Notes under the pieces: generated by a model
Databases searched by the model: none
The model's input: the letters and a program-made list of their open reading frames with translations, nothing else
What the model was told of the DNA's origin: nothing
Source: an uncultured Gammaproteobacteria bacterium
Lineage (GTDB): Bacteria; Patescibacteriota; Patescibacteriia; UBA2196; GWA2-42-15
Direction: 5' to 3'
Assembly (NCBI GenBank): GCA_964573135.1
Contig: CAZNIO010000005.1
Span: 3,362-67,361 of the forward strand
Length of the DNA: 64,000 nt
Shown: in pieces, positions 40,120 through 48,862 of the stretch
Layout of the letters: each line of letters begins with the position of its first letter
Numbering within the stretch: position 1 is the first letter of the stretch
Made by a program: the position numbers and the translations under genes

Positions 40120-41094
40120 TTAATATGCTAATTTTCTATTTAAATCCGCAATAACATCAAATTCTTCTTTAGTTAAATATGGCTTACCCTCCTCTTTATA
40201 CTTATCAATAACGTCACTCACTGTCTTCCCTTCTGCCATACTAGTGGCTCCAAGCGTCAAATATACCCTATAAGTACCTGATTTTTTCCAGGCTTCAATA
40301 CCTTCTGCTTTTTTAGATACCGACTCATCCTCGAGTAAATTAATTTTCTGCAAAATTCTATCTGTCGCTTCATCTGGATTTTTTCCCATTTTGCGAAAAT
40401 ATTCAAGGGTCAATCCTTGTATTTCTTCAACTGCCCCTGTACTTTGATGTGAAAAAATATCTCTCTCTTCTTTATATAAATTCCGATGTTCATCATGTAC
40501 TACACTTTTCTTCTCCACTTTAGCCGGCTCTGCCTTTACTGGCAAAACCTGTTTTTTATCTTCTTCCACCAAAAGACCCTTTCCTCCACTCAAGATAGCT
40601 TCTTCAACTTTCCTTCTCTCAATCTCAATCAAGCTTATCACCTTACTTTGTGCTTCCTGATCTAACCCAACCCCACCAAGTTCAACAGCCTTAATCAATG
40701 CTTCCCTGGTATCAGCCAACCCTCGTACATTTCTAAATCTAGAAATAATAATATTACGTAAATTACGCGTTCTCATCTCCTCTCCATCAACCCCAGATTG
40801 TTCAACTATTTGGACTGCCAATTTCTCAATAAATTGAGAAATTGCCCGATTACCATCAACCACAGGTGCCTCAGTAATTTTCTTTACTTCTTCCTCGTCA
40901 TCAATCGAAAAATAAAAACCAGCTTGAGTGCTCCCAGGTTTAGTTATTTCCACTGGTGTATGAGGGATAATATCATCTTGGCGCACTATTACATCGTCTT
41001 CTTTTAAATCAATCAAATGATTATCCTTTAACAATTTAAAATCACCCTCACGGGTCTTAACTACAATTCCATTTTGTAAATCTTCTTTGAGCAT
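40120..41094 (-). CDS. Hypothetical acidic cytoplasmic protein
   Basis: 324 aa, no TM, E/K-rich. Confidence 0.4.
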   Translation of the reverse strand: MLKEDLQNGIVVKTREGDFKLLKDNHLIDLKEDDVIVRQDDIIPHTPVEITKPGSTQAGFYFSIDDEEEVKKITEAPVVDGNRAISQFIEKLAVQIVEQSGVDGEEMRTRNLRNIIISRFRNVRGLADTREALIKAVELGGVGLDQEAQSKVISLIEIERRKVEEAILSGGKGLLVEEDKKQVLPVKAEPAKVEKKSVVHDEHRNLYKEERDIFSHQSTGAVEEIQGLTLEYFRKMGKNPDEATDRILQKINLLEDESVSKKAEGIEAWKKSGTYRVYLTLGATSMAEGKTVSDVIDKYKEEGKPYLTKEEFDVIADLNRKLAY

Positions 41095-41153
41095 AAATTA
41101 GCTAAATTAATTATACCAAATATCAACAATTCCGCCTAAATTCACCTGCTTTT

Positions 41154-42533
41154 CTATCCCAAAATTTCCCAATAACCACCTTTGGTTGGGCCAGTTCTTC
41201 TTAAAATGCCTTTTTGCTTGAGTTTTGAAATATTATTTTTAGTGTTTCTAAGATTGATATTAAGCAAACAAGACAACTTTTCCGCAGTGATTTGAGGATC
41301 TTTTTTCATCTCTTTTAATGCTACCCTTTCGTTTTTAGACAATAATTTTATGGTGTCTTTTATGGTGTCTTTTATGGTGTCTTTTATGGTGTCTTTTCCA
41401 AATTTTTTCAAATATGTTTTGTCAGATAAAGTTACATAAAAAGAATGTTCATAAAATTCAAAATTCGGCTTTGGTAATTTTGCCAAATCCATCGCATCGT
41501 TTATTCTTTTAATGCCAGTTCCTAATTTCTCAACAAATATCGTTTTAGATAAAAGCGAAGCAATAATAGGGTTTCTGGTCTTGCTTACTTTTCCGAATTC
41601 ATCAGCTTTCAACCACTTAACCAGTCCTCCTGGATTAAACGCAACCAATTTATTCTTATACACCTCCACCAGAATATCAGAAGATTTATCAAAATAATCT
41701 CTATGCATAATCGCATTAACAATCGCTTCTCTGTATGCTTGTTCTGGATACTGAGATATTTCTTTTCTTCGAGCTGTTTTTATTTCAAATTCCACTTTTA
41801 CTCTTCTCTTTACAAAATTGATTGCCTGCTTTATATTTTCCAGCAAGCCATCATCATATATCTTCCTATCAAGAATATTCACTTTTTCATTTGTCTGATA
41901 TTCAGCGCAAACAACTTTTGAAGTTAAAAAAAATTTAGACGGGTTTTTCGCAAAAAAAAGAATGCCGGTATTATTAAATTTTAATGCGCCATCTATTTTT
42001 TGGGCAACGCCTAAATTAATAAGTATTGACCTCCTATCAAGATTTTTTGTTATTCCTGCTTCTTTTAAATAAATATTTAATTTTTCTGCGTCAAAATCTT
42101 CAGGATACCTAAAATCATTATTAATCTGTTCATCAAACCTTATTTTTCCTTCGCCAATTGCAAAATCCAATATTTCATCCCTGGTCATTTTCTGTGAATT
42201 TGCGACCTGCCTTAAATAAAATCCAGACGAACATTTGTATGGCTTATCTTTTCCTTCATCAACTTTAATAATCAAAATATTTTCAAATTCTTCTAAAGCT
42301 ATTTTTATTGACGGGTCGCAATTTCTCGCGATGTCTTGAATTTGTGATCTCAACTTGTTGGCGACATTAACACCTTTTACTTTTCCTTTATCATCCACTC
42401 CCAAAAATATACTACCACCGTTAGAATTGGCAAAAGCAATAATTTCTTTATCAATACTGCCAGCGCTTTCCTTAAACTCTAATTTCAATCCTTCGCCTTG
42501 CTGTAAAATAAATTGTAGTTCTTTTTTTGTCAT
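41154..42533 (-). CDS. Schlafen/AlbA_2 (divergent AAA, PF04326) domain protein with C-terminal HATPase_c_4-like region and wHTH; contains a (KDTI)n repeat
   Basis: N-terminal ELQFILQQGEGLKLEFKES is the hallmark AlbA_2 start. C-terminal HTH (ALKEMKKDPQITAEKLSCLLNINLRNTKNNISKLKQKGILRR). Internal KDTIKDTIKDTIKDTIK repeat. Confidence 0.7.
   Translation of the reverse strand: MTKKELQFILQQGEGLKLEFKESAGSIDKEIIAFANSNGGSIFLGVDDKGKVKGVNVANKLRSQIQDIARNCDPSIKIALEEFENILIIKVDEGKDKPYKCSSGFYLRQVANSQKMTRDEILDFAIGEGKIRFDEQINNDFRYPEDFDAEKLNIYLKEAGITKNLDRRSILINLGVAQKIDGALKFNNTGILFFAKNPSKFFLTSKVVCAEYQTNEKVNILDRKIYDDGLLENIKQAINFVKRRVKVEFEIKTARRKEISQYPEQAYREAIVNAIMHRDYFDKSSDILVEVYKNKLVAFNPGGLVKWLKADEFGKVSKTRNPIIASLLSKTIFVEKLGTGIKRINDAMDLAKLPKPNFEFYEHSFYVTLSDKTYLKKFGKDTIKDTIKDTIKDTIKLLSKNERVALKEMKKDPQITAEKLSCLLNINLRNTKNNISKLKQKGILRRTGPTKGGYWEILG
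41348..41397. repeat. Perfect tandem repeat, 12-bp unit (TTATGGTGTCTT), about 4 copies, in frame within the AlbA_2 gene
   Basis: Read directly from the sequence at 41347-41398. It encodes the KDTI tetrapeptide repeat on the minus strand. Confidence 0.9.
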
Positions 42534-42661
42534 ATATACTTTAAGACGGTTACAAAAATCTGTTTTCTACTACGAAACTGTCACCAAATACTATTATGAC
42601 TATAATTCCAAAAATTCAATCAAATTTTTCATCCCGTGGCCACAGGATCTACAAAAATTAT

Positions 42662-44065
42662 TTAATAATTCCACTTAAACCTCCCTGTCTCTAAATCACC
42701 ATAAGCCAAACTCTCATATTCCATCTCTCCTGCCTTTCTAGCTAAATTAGCCATTGATACTCCCACAAGAACTGCATCTTCTTTCGTCATATTTAAACGT
42801 TTTTCTAAAATATACTGTAAAAACATAGCCACATATTTAACCGCGGCCACATCCTTTATAAATTCCTCTGCGTTTAAACCTTGTTTTTTTAAATATTCAC
42901 TCCAAAACTTCTTAAATCTATCATCTCTCTCAAAAACTTCTCTGATTTGCCTATTTTCTGCCAGAATAAACAAAGCGCCTAAAACTGCCTCTATTTGTCC
43001 CTCATTAATTGCATGATAAAATACATTTTTCAAATTCCCCACATCTCCTTTAGTATCTTTATTAATTGATTCTCCTTGAGTAAAAGCTCTAACAACCATT
43101 GGATTTACCAAAAACCCGCTAAAAGCGCTTTGCAACCTGGCTTGCGAAGAGATAGCTTGTGGTTTTTCTTTAATTAATTCCTCGTTTTGGCTAACAGGGC
43201 TCAAAACGTCTTTTTTTGTTACAGGCATTTTCTGATCAACTCCAATCGATGACTTTTTTCTGGGAACTAAAGTTTCTGGGATATCATCGATTAATCCTTT
43301 CTCTTTCATTTTCTTCAACGCATCTATAATTCTTGGATCAATAAAATCAAAGTGACCCTGTCTTAAAATAGCCAGCTTACCATTCACTGTCGTTATAACG
43401 GGATCCTCAAGCCCCGCTGGTTCAAAAGATGATAATTTAAGCCTTTCATATATTTTTACAAGATAGCCAATCTTTTTACGATCATTAATATTAAGAAGCT
43501 TAATATTAATGCCATTAATTAAATATTCCTCACTTTTAAGCTTATCAACCCTTCCTGTTCCCAAGGTTCGGTTATAATCCTGTAACCAATTACCAACTGT
43601 TCCTTTATATTTCTTACTACCAACTTCCAAATCAATTTCAGTAATCCTCTGCGTATTATCAAGCAGTGCTTTGCGTAATGCTGCTTTCAACTTATCTCTT
43701 TCTTCAAAAATAAGGATACTTTGTAATTTTGCAAATACCTTATCCATTATATCTATGTTCTCAGGTAACTCATAAACATATACAAAATTTTCCTTAAACA
43801 AATTAACAATATCTTCATGTGAACGCAGGGGCAAAGATATTAATTTATTCAATTTAATTAACTTTTCATATCTCTTATAACCGTCAGCCCCTAAAACACC
43901 AATCAACTCCACCCTATTTCGATAAATAACCGCACCAATTTTTTTAACAAACCAATCAGCATCCTCAGCGTTATCAAAAAACGCCACATTTTCTTTAAAA
44001 TGCTTTTCATATAACTCAAGTAGTTTCACATTCTTCAAATCTTCTAATGTAGTTTCACTTGCCAT
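42662..44065 (-). CDS. Hypothetical cytoplasmic protein
   Basis: 467 aa, no recognisable motifs. Confidence 0.4.
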   Translation of the reverse strand: MASETTLEDLKNVKLLELYEKHFKENVAFFDNAEDADWFVKKIGAVIYRNRVELIGVLGADGYKRYEKLIKLNKLISLPLRSHEDIVNLFKENFVYVYELPENIDIMDKVFAKLQSILIFEERDKLKAALRKALLDNTQRITEIDLEVGSKKYKGTVGNWLQDYNRTLGTGRVDKLKSEEYLINGINIKLLNINDRKKIGYLVKIYERLKLSSFEPAGLEDPVITTVNGKLAILRQGHFDFIDPRIIDALKKMKEKGLIDDIPETLVPRKKSSIGVDQKMPVTKKDVLSPVSQNEELIKEKPQAISSQARLQSAFSGFLVNPMVVRAFTQGESINKDTKGDVGNLKNVFYHAINEGQIEAVLGALFILAENRQIREVFERDDRFKKFWSEYLKKQGLNAEEFIKDVAAVKYVAMFLQYILEKRLNMTKEDAVLVGVSMANLARKAGEMEYESLAYGDLETGRFKWNY

Positions 44066-44078
44066 AATTTATCTTAAA

Positions 44079-47000
44079 TTATATATGTTTCATAAACTCA
44101 GCCTTATCTTTCAAGGACGAATAATTAGCATAAACGCCTCTTTGTCTGAACCCTTTTGCCATAGACCCTAAAATTTCTGACATTTTCATACCTTGATATT
44201 TAGATCCAACCCCACGCGCAGTAATCAACCCTTGCTCTTCAAGTTTTTTTATCTCTCCCAACTGCTCCATAGCAATTTTTTGAAAAGCACTGCCATTAAA
44301 CTCACCCCTCTCAAAACGGTTCATCAAATCGTCTTGCGTGCCTATTAACATCAATTTTCCTGATAATGCCAACTCATAATCACCGCCAGCTGTCTCTCCG
44401 CCGTACCCCAATCTATTAGTATTTTGCAAAAATGCACGAGAAGGTTGTTTTAATACCTCATTAGCCACTGCAGCCGCATGTTCTTCTTCCTTCATCCACT
44501 TTGGCATACCTTTTTCAAAAGTTATTAACCGACTTGTCTCAGTATGACCCCTCGATTCATTAATATAGGCAATTTCATTCATTAACCCCAAAGCCTGATT
44601 CTTCGTCATGCCGGCTTTGCCCTCAAGTATTTCGTTAGAAAAACTTTGCATGCCTTTAGCATTACTGGTATATCCACTATGATTTAAAAATTCATTATCA
44701 TTATAATCTTGAGCTGCTTTTTTCAACAAAACTGCCAATCTTGGCCTATCCCTATTTTTGACAGCATCGTCAATCAGTGAATTCAACTCTTCTGCTTCCA
44801 TAGAATCCTTAGGTAAATTCTGCAACTCCTCACTCTCAAGCAAACGATAGGCGTTATCAGCCTGCAAGGTTCGAGGAATATTGGATACTTCGGCTAAAAT
44901 AGACTTTTTAATCCCCGTCAATTTCTTAGATTCTTCTTTGACGTCATCTTTTGTTTTTATGTCTTGGCCACCGATTCCTTTCATGTTCCCGTTAGCAAAA
45001 ACAACGGCTCCCTGCATTTCCCAAATATTTTTCTGCATCTTCCTAGCTTCCCCTGATATTTTTCCCTCCTCGTTTTTAACTGATTTTTTATTTACCTTAA
45101 GCTCTTCCTTAGACAACTTAGCAATCCACTCTCCCTTGCTATCTTTACGCGCCATTTTTTTCTGTTCTTTCAATTTTTCAGCAAGCTCATATCCAACGTT
45201 CTCCCTTTCTCCCTCTTTTCCTTCTTTTCTCAACTTTTTCATCTCTTGTTTCAGCGCGCCCATCTCCTCTTCCAATTCAGTTGCTCTACCTATTTTAACT
45301 TCCTTTTGATTAGCCGTTAATCCCCCTTTTTCAACTTCTTCTAATTCTTTCTTCTTTTCACTAACCTTCTCATTTAAACTATCAATACCCCTTTTTTTCA
45401 ATTCACTTTCATCTTTTTGATTTATACGAGCCTTTTGTCTTTCTTGCCAATCTTCATCTCTATCAACCTGCATCTTTGCAATATCCTTCTTAACTATGCT
45501 ATTAAAATCCCTTATCTCAGTAATTGGTTTACCATCATCACCTGTTGTTGTAATTAGCGCAATACCATTTTTTTTATTAGCATAATCATCAGCTATTTTA
45601 TCGCGAACCATATCTTTCTTTTTCTGTTTATCTTCCGTACTATCTCCCAATGCCGCATATTGAACAGTGTTTTCCAATTCCTTTGCATATGCCGATCTTA
45701 ATCTACTATAAGCTGGGTCATCTTCATCCATGTCTCCCTGCACGATATCGCCCTTTTCGTCAATCAAAATTACTCGCCCCTGTCCTCCCGTAATCTGCCG
45801 CTCATTATAGTTGGTCCTGTTCTCTTTTTCTTGTTTAAAAAGCGCATCCTTGCCTTCTTCAACCGCATCTATATGCTTTGCCCCAGCTTGATAATTCAAA
45901 AGCTCATCCATTCCCATATCCTCAAGCTTCTCATCAGCTTTATCCTGCGCCTTTGTTCCATATTTTTCAGCTCCAGACCAAGTTCTCATCATCTTTAATT
46001 TACCTCTAAGCCCACCATAGTATTTATCATAATCGTCTTGATCTCCTTGTCGCATATACGTCATTCCTAACCTGCCCCAACCCTCTCTGTAAAGTGCTTG
46101 ACTCACATCTCCTGCTTTTTTCTGTCCCTCAATCTCATCCATTGCTTTATTTTTTTCTTTAATAGCTTTTCTCTTGCGATGTTTCCTCATTGGATTAAGC
46201 GCACTAAAACCAGTTGTTTTATACAGTTTTCGTTCCCCATAAGCTGCCAACTGAAATGGTTTTTTAGCTGTCCATTTGGCGGCAGACACAAGTCCTCTCT
46301 GCGCCACATCTTTAACCTTGGTTACTGCGTTCATGCCAATATTTCCACCCATCACCCCCATTTGTTGAGTGATTAATAACGAGGCTATAAGAAGAGCAAT
46401 CGTTGTCATATAGTCAAACATCCTCTGAGGACTCGAAATTTTCGATGCCAAATACTCAACATATTTAGCCCTGTCAACATGACCTTCCGGTTTTTGCCGA
46501 TATAGCTCTATAACATGACTTTTATCTTCCTCTCCAATCTGCTGCAATATTCCAAAAGAAAGCCACAGGAAAAAAGCCAGAATAGGGCCAACTATTATAT
46601 ATTTTGTTAAATACGACCAATACTGACCAAACATTCCAATTTTGTCCAAAGGCCCATTTGGCATGGCTGAAGCAATGAAAACAATAGGGGAGAAAATAAG
46701 TAAAATCCATAACATTATAATCCTAGCCAAAAGAACAGCAATCATCGTCAAAATAACCAAAGCCGCAATCAAAAGCATAATAAATGCCAATATAACAGAG
46801 CCAGCAATAGCATAATGATCTATCTCCTGATCAGTTTTACCTATAACATCACGAAGCTGTAACATTTGTTCTACCCCAAGGGCATTAAGAAATCCTCCAG
46901 CTGCCCCATCGGCCCAGGCATTTACAAAGGTCATCATAACCGTTTGACCCAAATCAATGAATAACCCAACAATCATCTTAGAAAAATTGACCAAAACAGC

Positions 47001-47453
47001 CGCTATTATAAGCTTAGGTAAAAGTTTTTTATACTGATAAGTCTCAATATTAAATAAAGTCCCAAAGGCAATTAAAAGAATTATTACTATAAAAAACATA
47101 TTAGCAAGATCTCGCACCATCACCCAACCCAAAGCCACAGCCCGTGAATCAACAAAATTATTAAACTCAAGCACTCCAATCACCACGCTAATAAAAAGAG
47201 TTAACAGTTTACCAACTACGCTTATAAAAAAAGCAAACAAATCTGCCAAAAGCTTAGCCAGTCTCTGCCCCGGCAAATTGCCACCTTGCGGCTCCGTCAT
47301 GGTAGCTGTACCTCCGGTAGCTGTACCTTGCCCTAAAGCAGTATCAGCAAAAACGCCAAAAACAACCATTATGACTAATAATAGCAAGCCAGTGACAATA
47401 AATAGTTTTCTTTTTTGATTAATTTTTCTAAACATAATTATAAATCGGAACAA
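44079..47453 (-). CDS. VirB6/TrbL-like polytopic membrane protein with ~700-aa C-terminal charged coiled-coil extension
   Basis: The first ~400 aa contain 6-8 TM helices with a Gly/Thr-rich periplasmic loop after the signal anchor, as in TrbL/VirB6. The remainder is K/E-rich with heptad-like periodicity. Confidence 0.55.
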   Translation of the reverse strand: MFRFIIMFRKINQKRKLFIVTGLLLLVIMVVFGVFADTALGQGTATGGTATMTEPQGGNLPGQRLAKLLADLFAFFISVVGKLLTLFISVVIGVLEFNNFVDSRAVALGWVMVRDLANMFFIVIILLIAFGTLFNIETYQYKKLLPKLIIAAVLVNFSKMIVGLFIDLGQTVMMTFVNAWADGAAGGFLNALGVEQMLQLRDVIGKTDQEIDHYAIAGSVILAFIMLLIAALVILTMIAVLLARIIMLWILLIFSPIVFIASAMPNGPLDKIGMFGQYWSYLTKYIIVGPILAFFLWLSFGILQQIGEEDKSHVIELYRQKPEGHVDRAKYVEYLASKISSPQRMFDYMTTIALLIASLLITQQMGVMGGNIGMNAVTKVKDVAQRGLVSAAKWTAKKPFQLAAYGERKLYKTTGFSALNPMRKHRKRKAIKEKNKAMDEIEGQKKAGDVSQALYREGWGRLGMTYMRQGDQDDYDKYYGGLRGKLKMMRTWSGAEKYGTKAQDKADEKLEDMGMDELLNYQAGAKHIDAVEEGKDALFKQEKENRTNYNERQITGGQGRVILIDEKGDIVQGDMDEDDPAYSRLRSAYAKELENTVQYAALGDSTEDKQKKKDMVRDKIADDYANKKNGIALITTTGDDGKPITEIRDFNSIVKKDIAKMQVDRDEDWQERQKARINQKDESELKKRGIDSLNEKVSEKKKELEEVEKGGLTANQKEVKIGRATELEEEMGALKQEMKKLRKEGKEGERENVGYELAEKLKEQKKMARKDSKGEWIAKLSKEELKVNKKSVKNEEGKISGEARKMQKNIWEMQGAVVFANGNMKGIGGQDIKTKDDVKEESKKLTGIKKSILAEVSNIPRTLQADNAYRLLESEELQNLPKDSMEAEELNSLIDDAVKNRDRPRLAVLLKKAAQDYNDNEFLNHSGYTSNAKGMQSFSNEILEGKAGMTKNQALGLMNEIAYINESRGHTETSRLITFEKGMPKWMKEEEHAAAVANEVLKQPSRAFLQNTNRLGYGGETAGGDYELALSGKLMLIGTQDDLMNRFERGEFNGSAFQKIAMEQLGEIKKLEEQGLITARGVGSKYQGMKMSEILGSMAKGFRQRGVYANYSSLKDKAEFMKHI

Positions 47454-47767
47454 ATACTTAATGGTCCATCTCCCCCAAAAAGAGAGTAAACAGAGCTAAT
47501 AGCCTGGACTGATGGAAGATAGCATGCTCCATAGGCAAGAAATACAATAAAAGCAACTAAAACCCCCACACCAAATAATACCAAAGCATAAGCTAATATT
47601 AAAACCAATCCCTTATTTTCTTTCCCTAATTTAGCCCAAGAAAAAATATTAGTTCCACCAGATAAAGCAATCCCAGCAACCGCCTTAGCTGTCTCTTTCT
47701 TTTTTTTTATACTAGCATTTTTTTTCTTATTTTGATTATCATTTTTCGGCATAAAATTATTACTCAT
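47438..47767 (-). CDS. Small K-rich membrane protein (one long TM), possible pilin/VirB2-like candidate
   Basis: 109 aa. Lys-rich N-terminus, 28-aa hydrophobic span, short C-terminal tail with Cys. Overlaps neighbours on both sides. Confidence 0.35.
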   Translation of the reverse strand: MSNNFMPKNDNQNKKKNASIKKKKETAKAVAGIALSGGTNIFSWAKLGKENKGLVLILAYALVLFGVGVLVAFIVFLAYGACYLPSVQAISSVYSLFGGDGPLSICSDL

Positions 47768-48848
47768 ATTCTTTACATTTATTCATTAATTGACCAACAA
47801 GTATCAGCTTACTAGCAGCAGCCTTCCAGCCAGAGGTTGCTTCGTTGGCTGTCATAAACCAATTAATTCTCAGCTCATTACTTTCATCCACAGATATAGT
47901 ACAATGCTCATCTTTACCACAAAGGTTGCCTAAATAATAATTCCATTTAAGTGGAAAACTCAAAAATTTAGACTGAACATATAAAAAACCACATCCTTTC
48001 ATATTAGTATTACTATAATCAATAGACCAAGTATTTGTACCAAATCCAAATCCAACATTATCCTTAAAGGTTAATTCAGATACCTTTTGGACTGACTCTG
48101 GGTCATCTTTAGTCATATAGCAAATATCTTTTGAAACACCAAGCCCCATACAAAACTGATCTTCTTTCTTCGGCTCTGTTTGTTCTAACAACATATATAA
48201 ATTGCCACACTCAGGGACTTCACCTTCGTCTAAATCTGGAATTAATTTTTGACTTTTTTTACAAATTCCAATAACATTTTTATTATCCTTAAGCGTAATA
48301 CTAGCTGGCTGCAACTTCAATTCAGTCAAAGCCGGATTAATCCATGATAATATACTATACGATCCAAGTGCTAATACTAATCCCATTATAGCTGATATTA
48401 TAGTAGTTTTAGCTCCTGCTATCTTTTGAGCGTTACCAGCTGCAAGCAACCATTTAAAACCTCCCAGCATTATCATAACTACTGCTAACAATCCGACAAC
48501 ACCGATAAACAAATTATATATACCTCTTATGTATTGAGGGAAGCCTGCTACGCAATGACGGGTACCAGTCTTATTTTGCTCAAGAGTATGTTTATCTAAA
48601 TTATACACCGAATATGTATATGTACAATCATGTGTTGCTCCAGGTATGCCAATCTGTAGTTCAATAGGAAAAGTCTCAGGGCACTTGTCCTGACATGTTC
48701 GCGCCATTACATCCATCCCGACAATAAACACTCCCACTAAAACAATATTTAAAATCAATAATTTATAAAAAATTAATTTCATATTTTTATGTCTTCGACC
48801 CAGGCAATAACTCCTCATTCCGACTAATTTTAATAATATAAATTTCAT
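47760..48848 (-). CDS. Modular membrane protein, paralog 1: variable Cys-containing N- and C-terminal ectodomains around a conserved two-helix hydrophobic core (TrbC/VirB2-like hairpin, tentative)
   Basis: Core HCVAGFPQYIRGIYNLFIGVVGLLAVVMIMLGGFKWLLAAGNAQKIAGAKTTIISAIMGLVLALGSYSILSWINPALTELKLQPASITL is identical to paralog 2. The flanking domains differ. Confidence 0.55.
   Translation of the reverse strand: MKFILLKLVGMRSYCLGRRHKNMKLIFYKLLILNIVLVGVFIVGMDVMARTCQDKCPETFPIELQIGIPGATHDCTYTYSVYNLDKHTLEQNKTGTRHCVAGFPQYIRGIYNLFIGVVGLLAVVMIMLGGFKWLLAAGNAQKIAGAKTTIISAIMGLVLALGSYSILSWINPALTELKLQPASITLKDNKNVIGICKKSQKLIPDLDEGEVPECGNLYMLLEQTEPKKEDQFCMGLGVSKDICYMTKDDPESVQKVSELTFKDNVGFGFGTNTWSIDYSNTNMKGCGFLYVQSKFLSFPLKWNYYLGNLCGKDEHCTISVDESNELRINWFMTANEATSGWKAAASKLILVGQLMNKCKEYE
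48150..48559. repeat. Direct repeat copy A (~410 bp, near-identical to 49241..49649; last ~270 bp perfectly identical)
   Basis: Read directly: ...ACTAGCTGGCTGCAACTTCAATTCAGTCAAAGCCGGATTAATCCATGATAATATACTATACGATCCAAGTGC...GCTACGCAATGA occurs in both genes. Confidence 0.9.
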
Positions 48849-48862
48849 TAGCTAACTTCGTC

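Noticed and set aside
41348-41397. Short tandem repeat considered as a CRISPR array
   Set aside because: Units are 12 bp with no spacers, sit in frame inside a CDS, and no cas genes occur in the window. It is a coding microsatellite.
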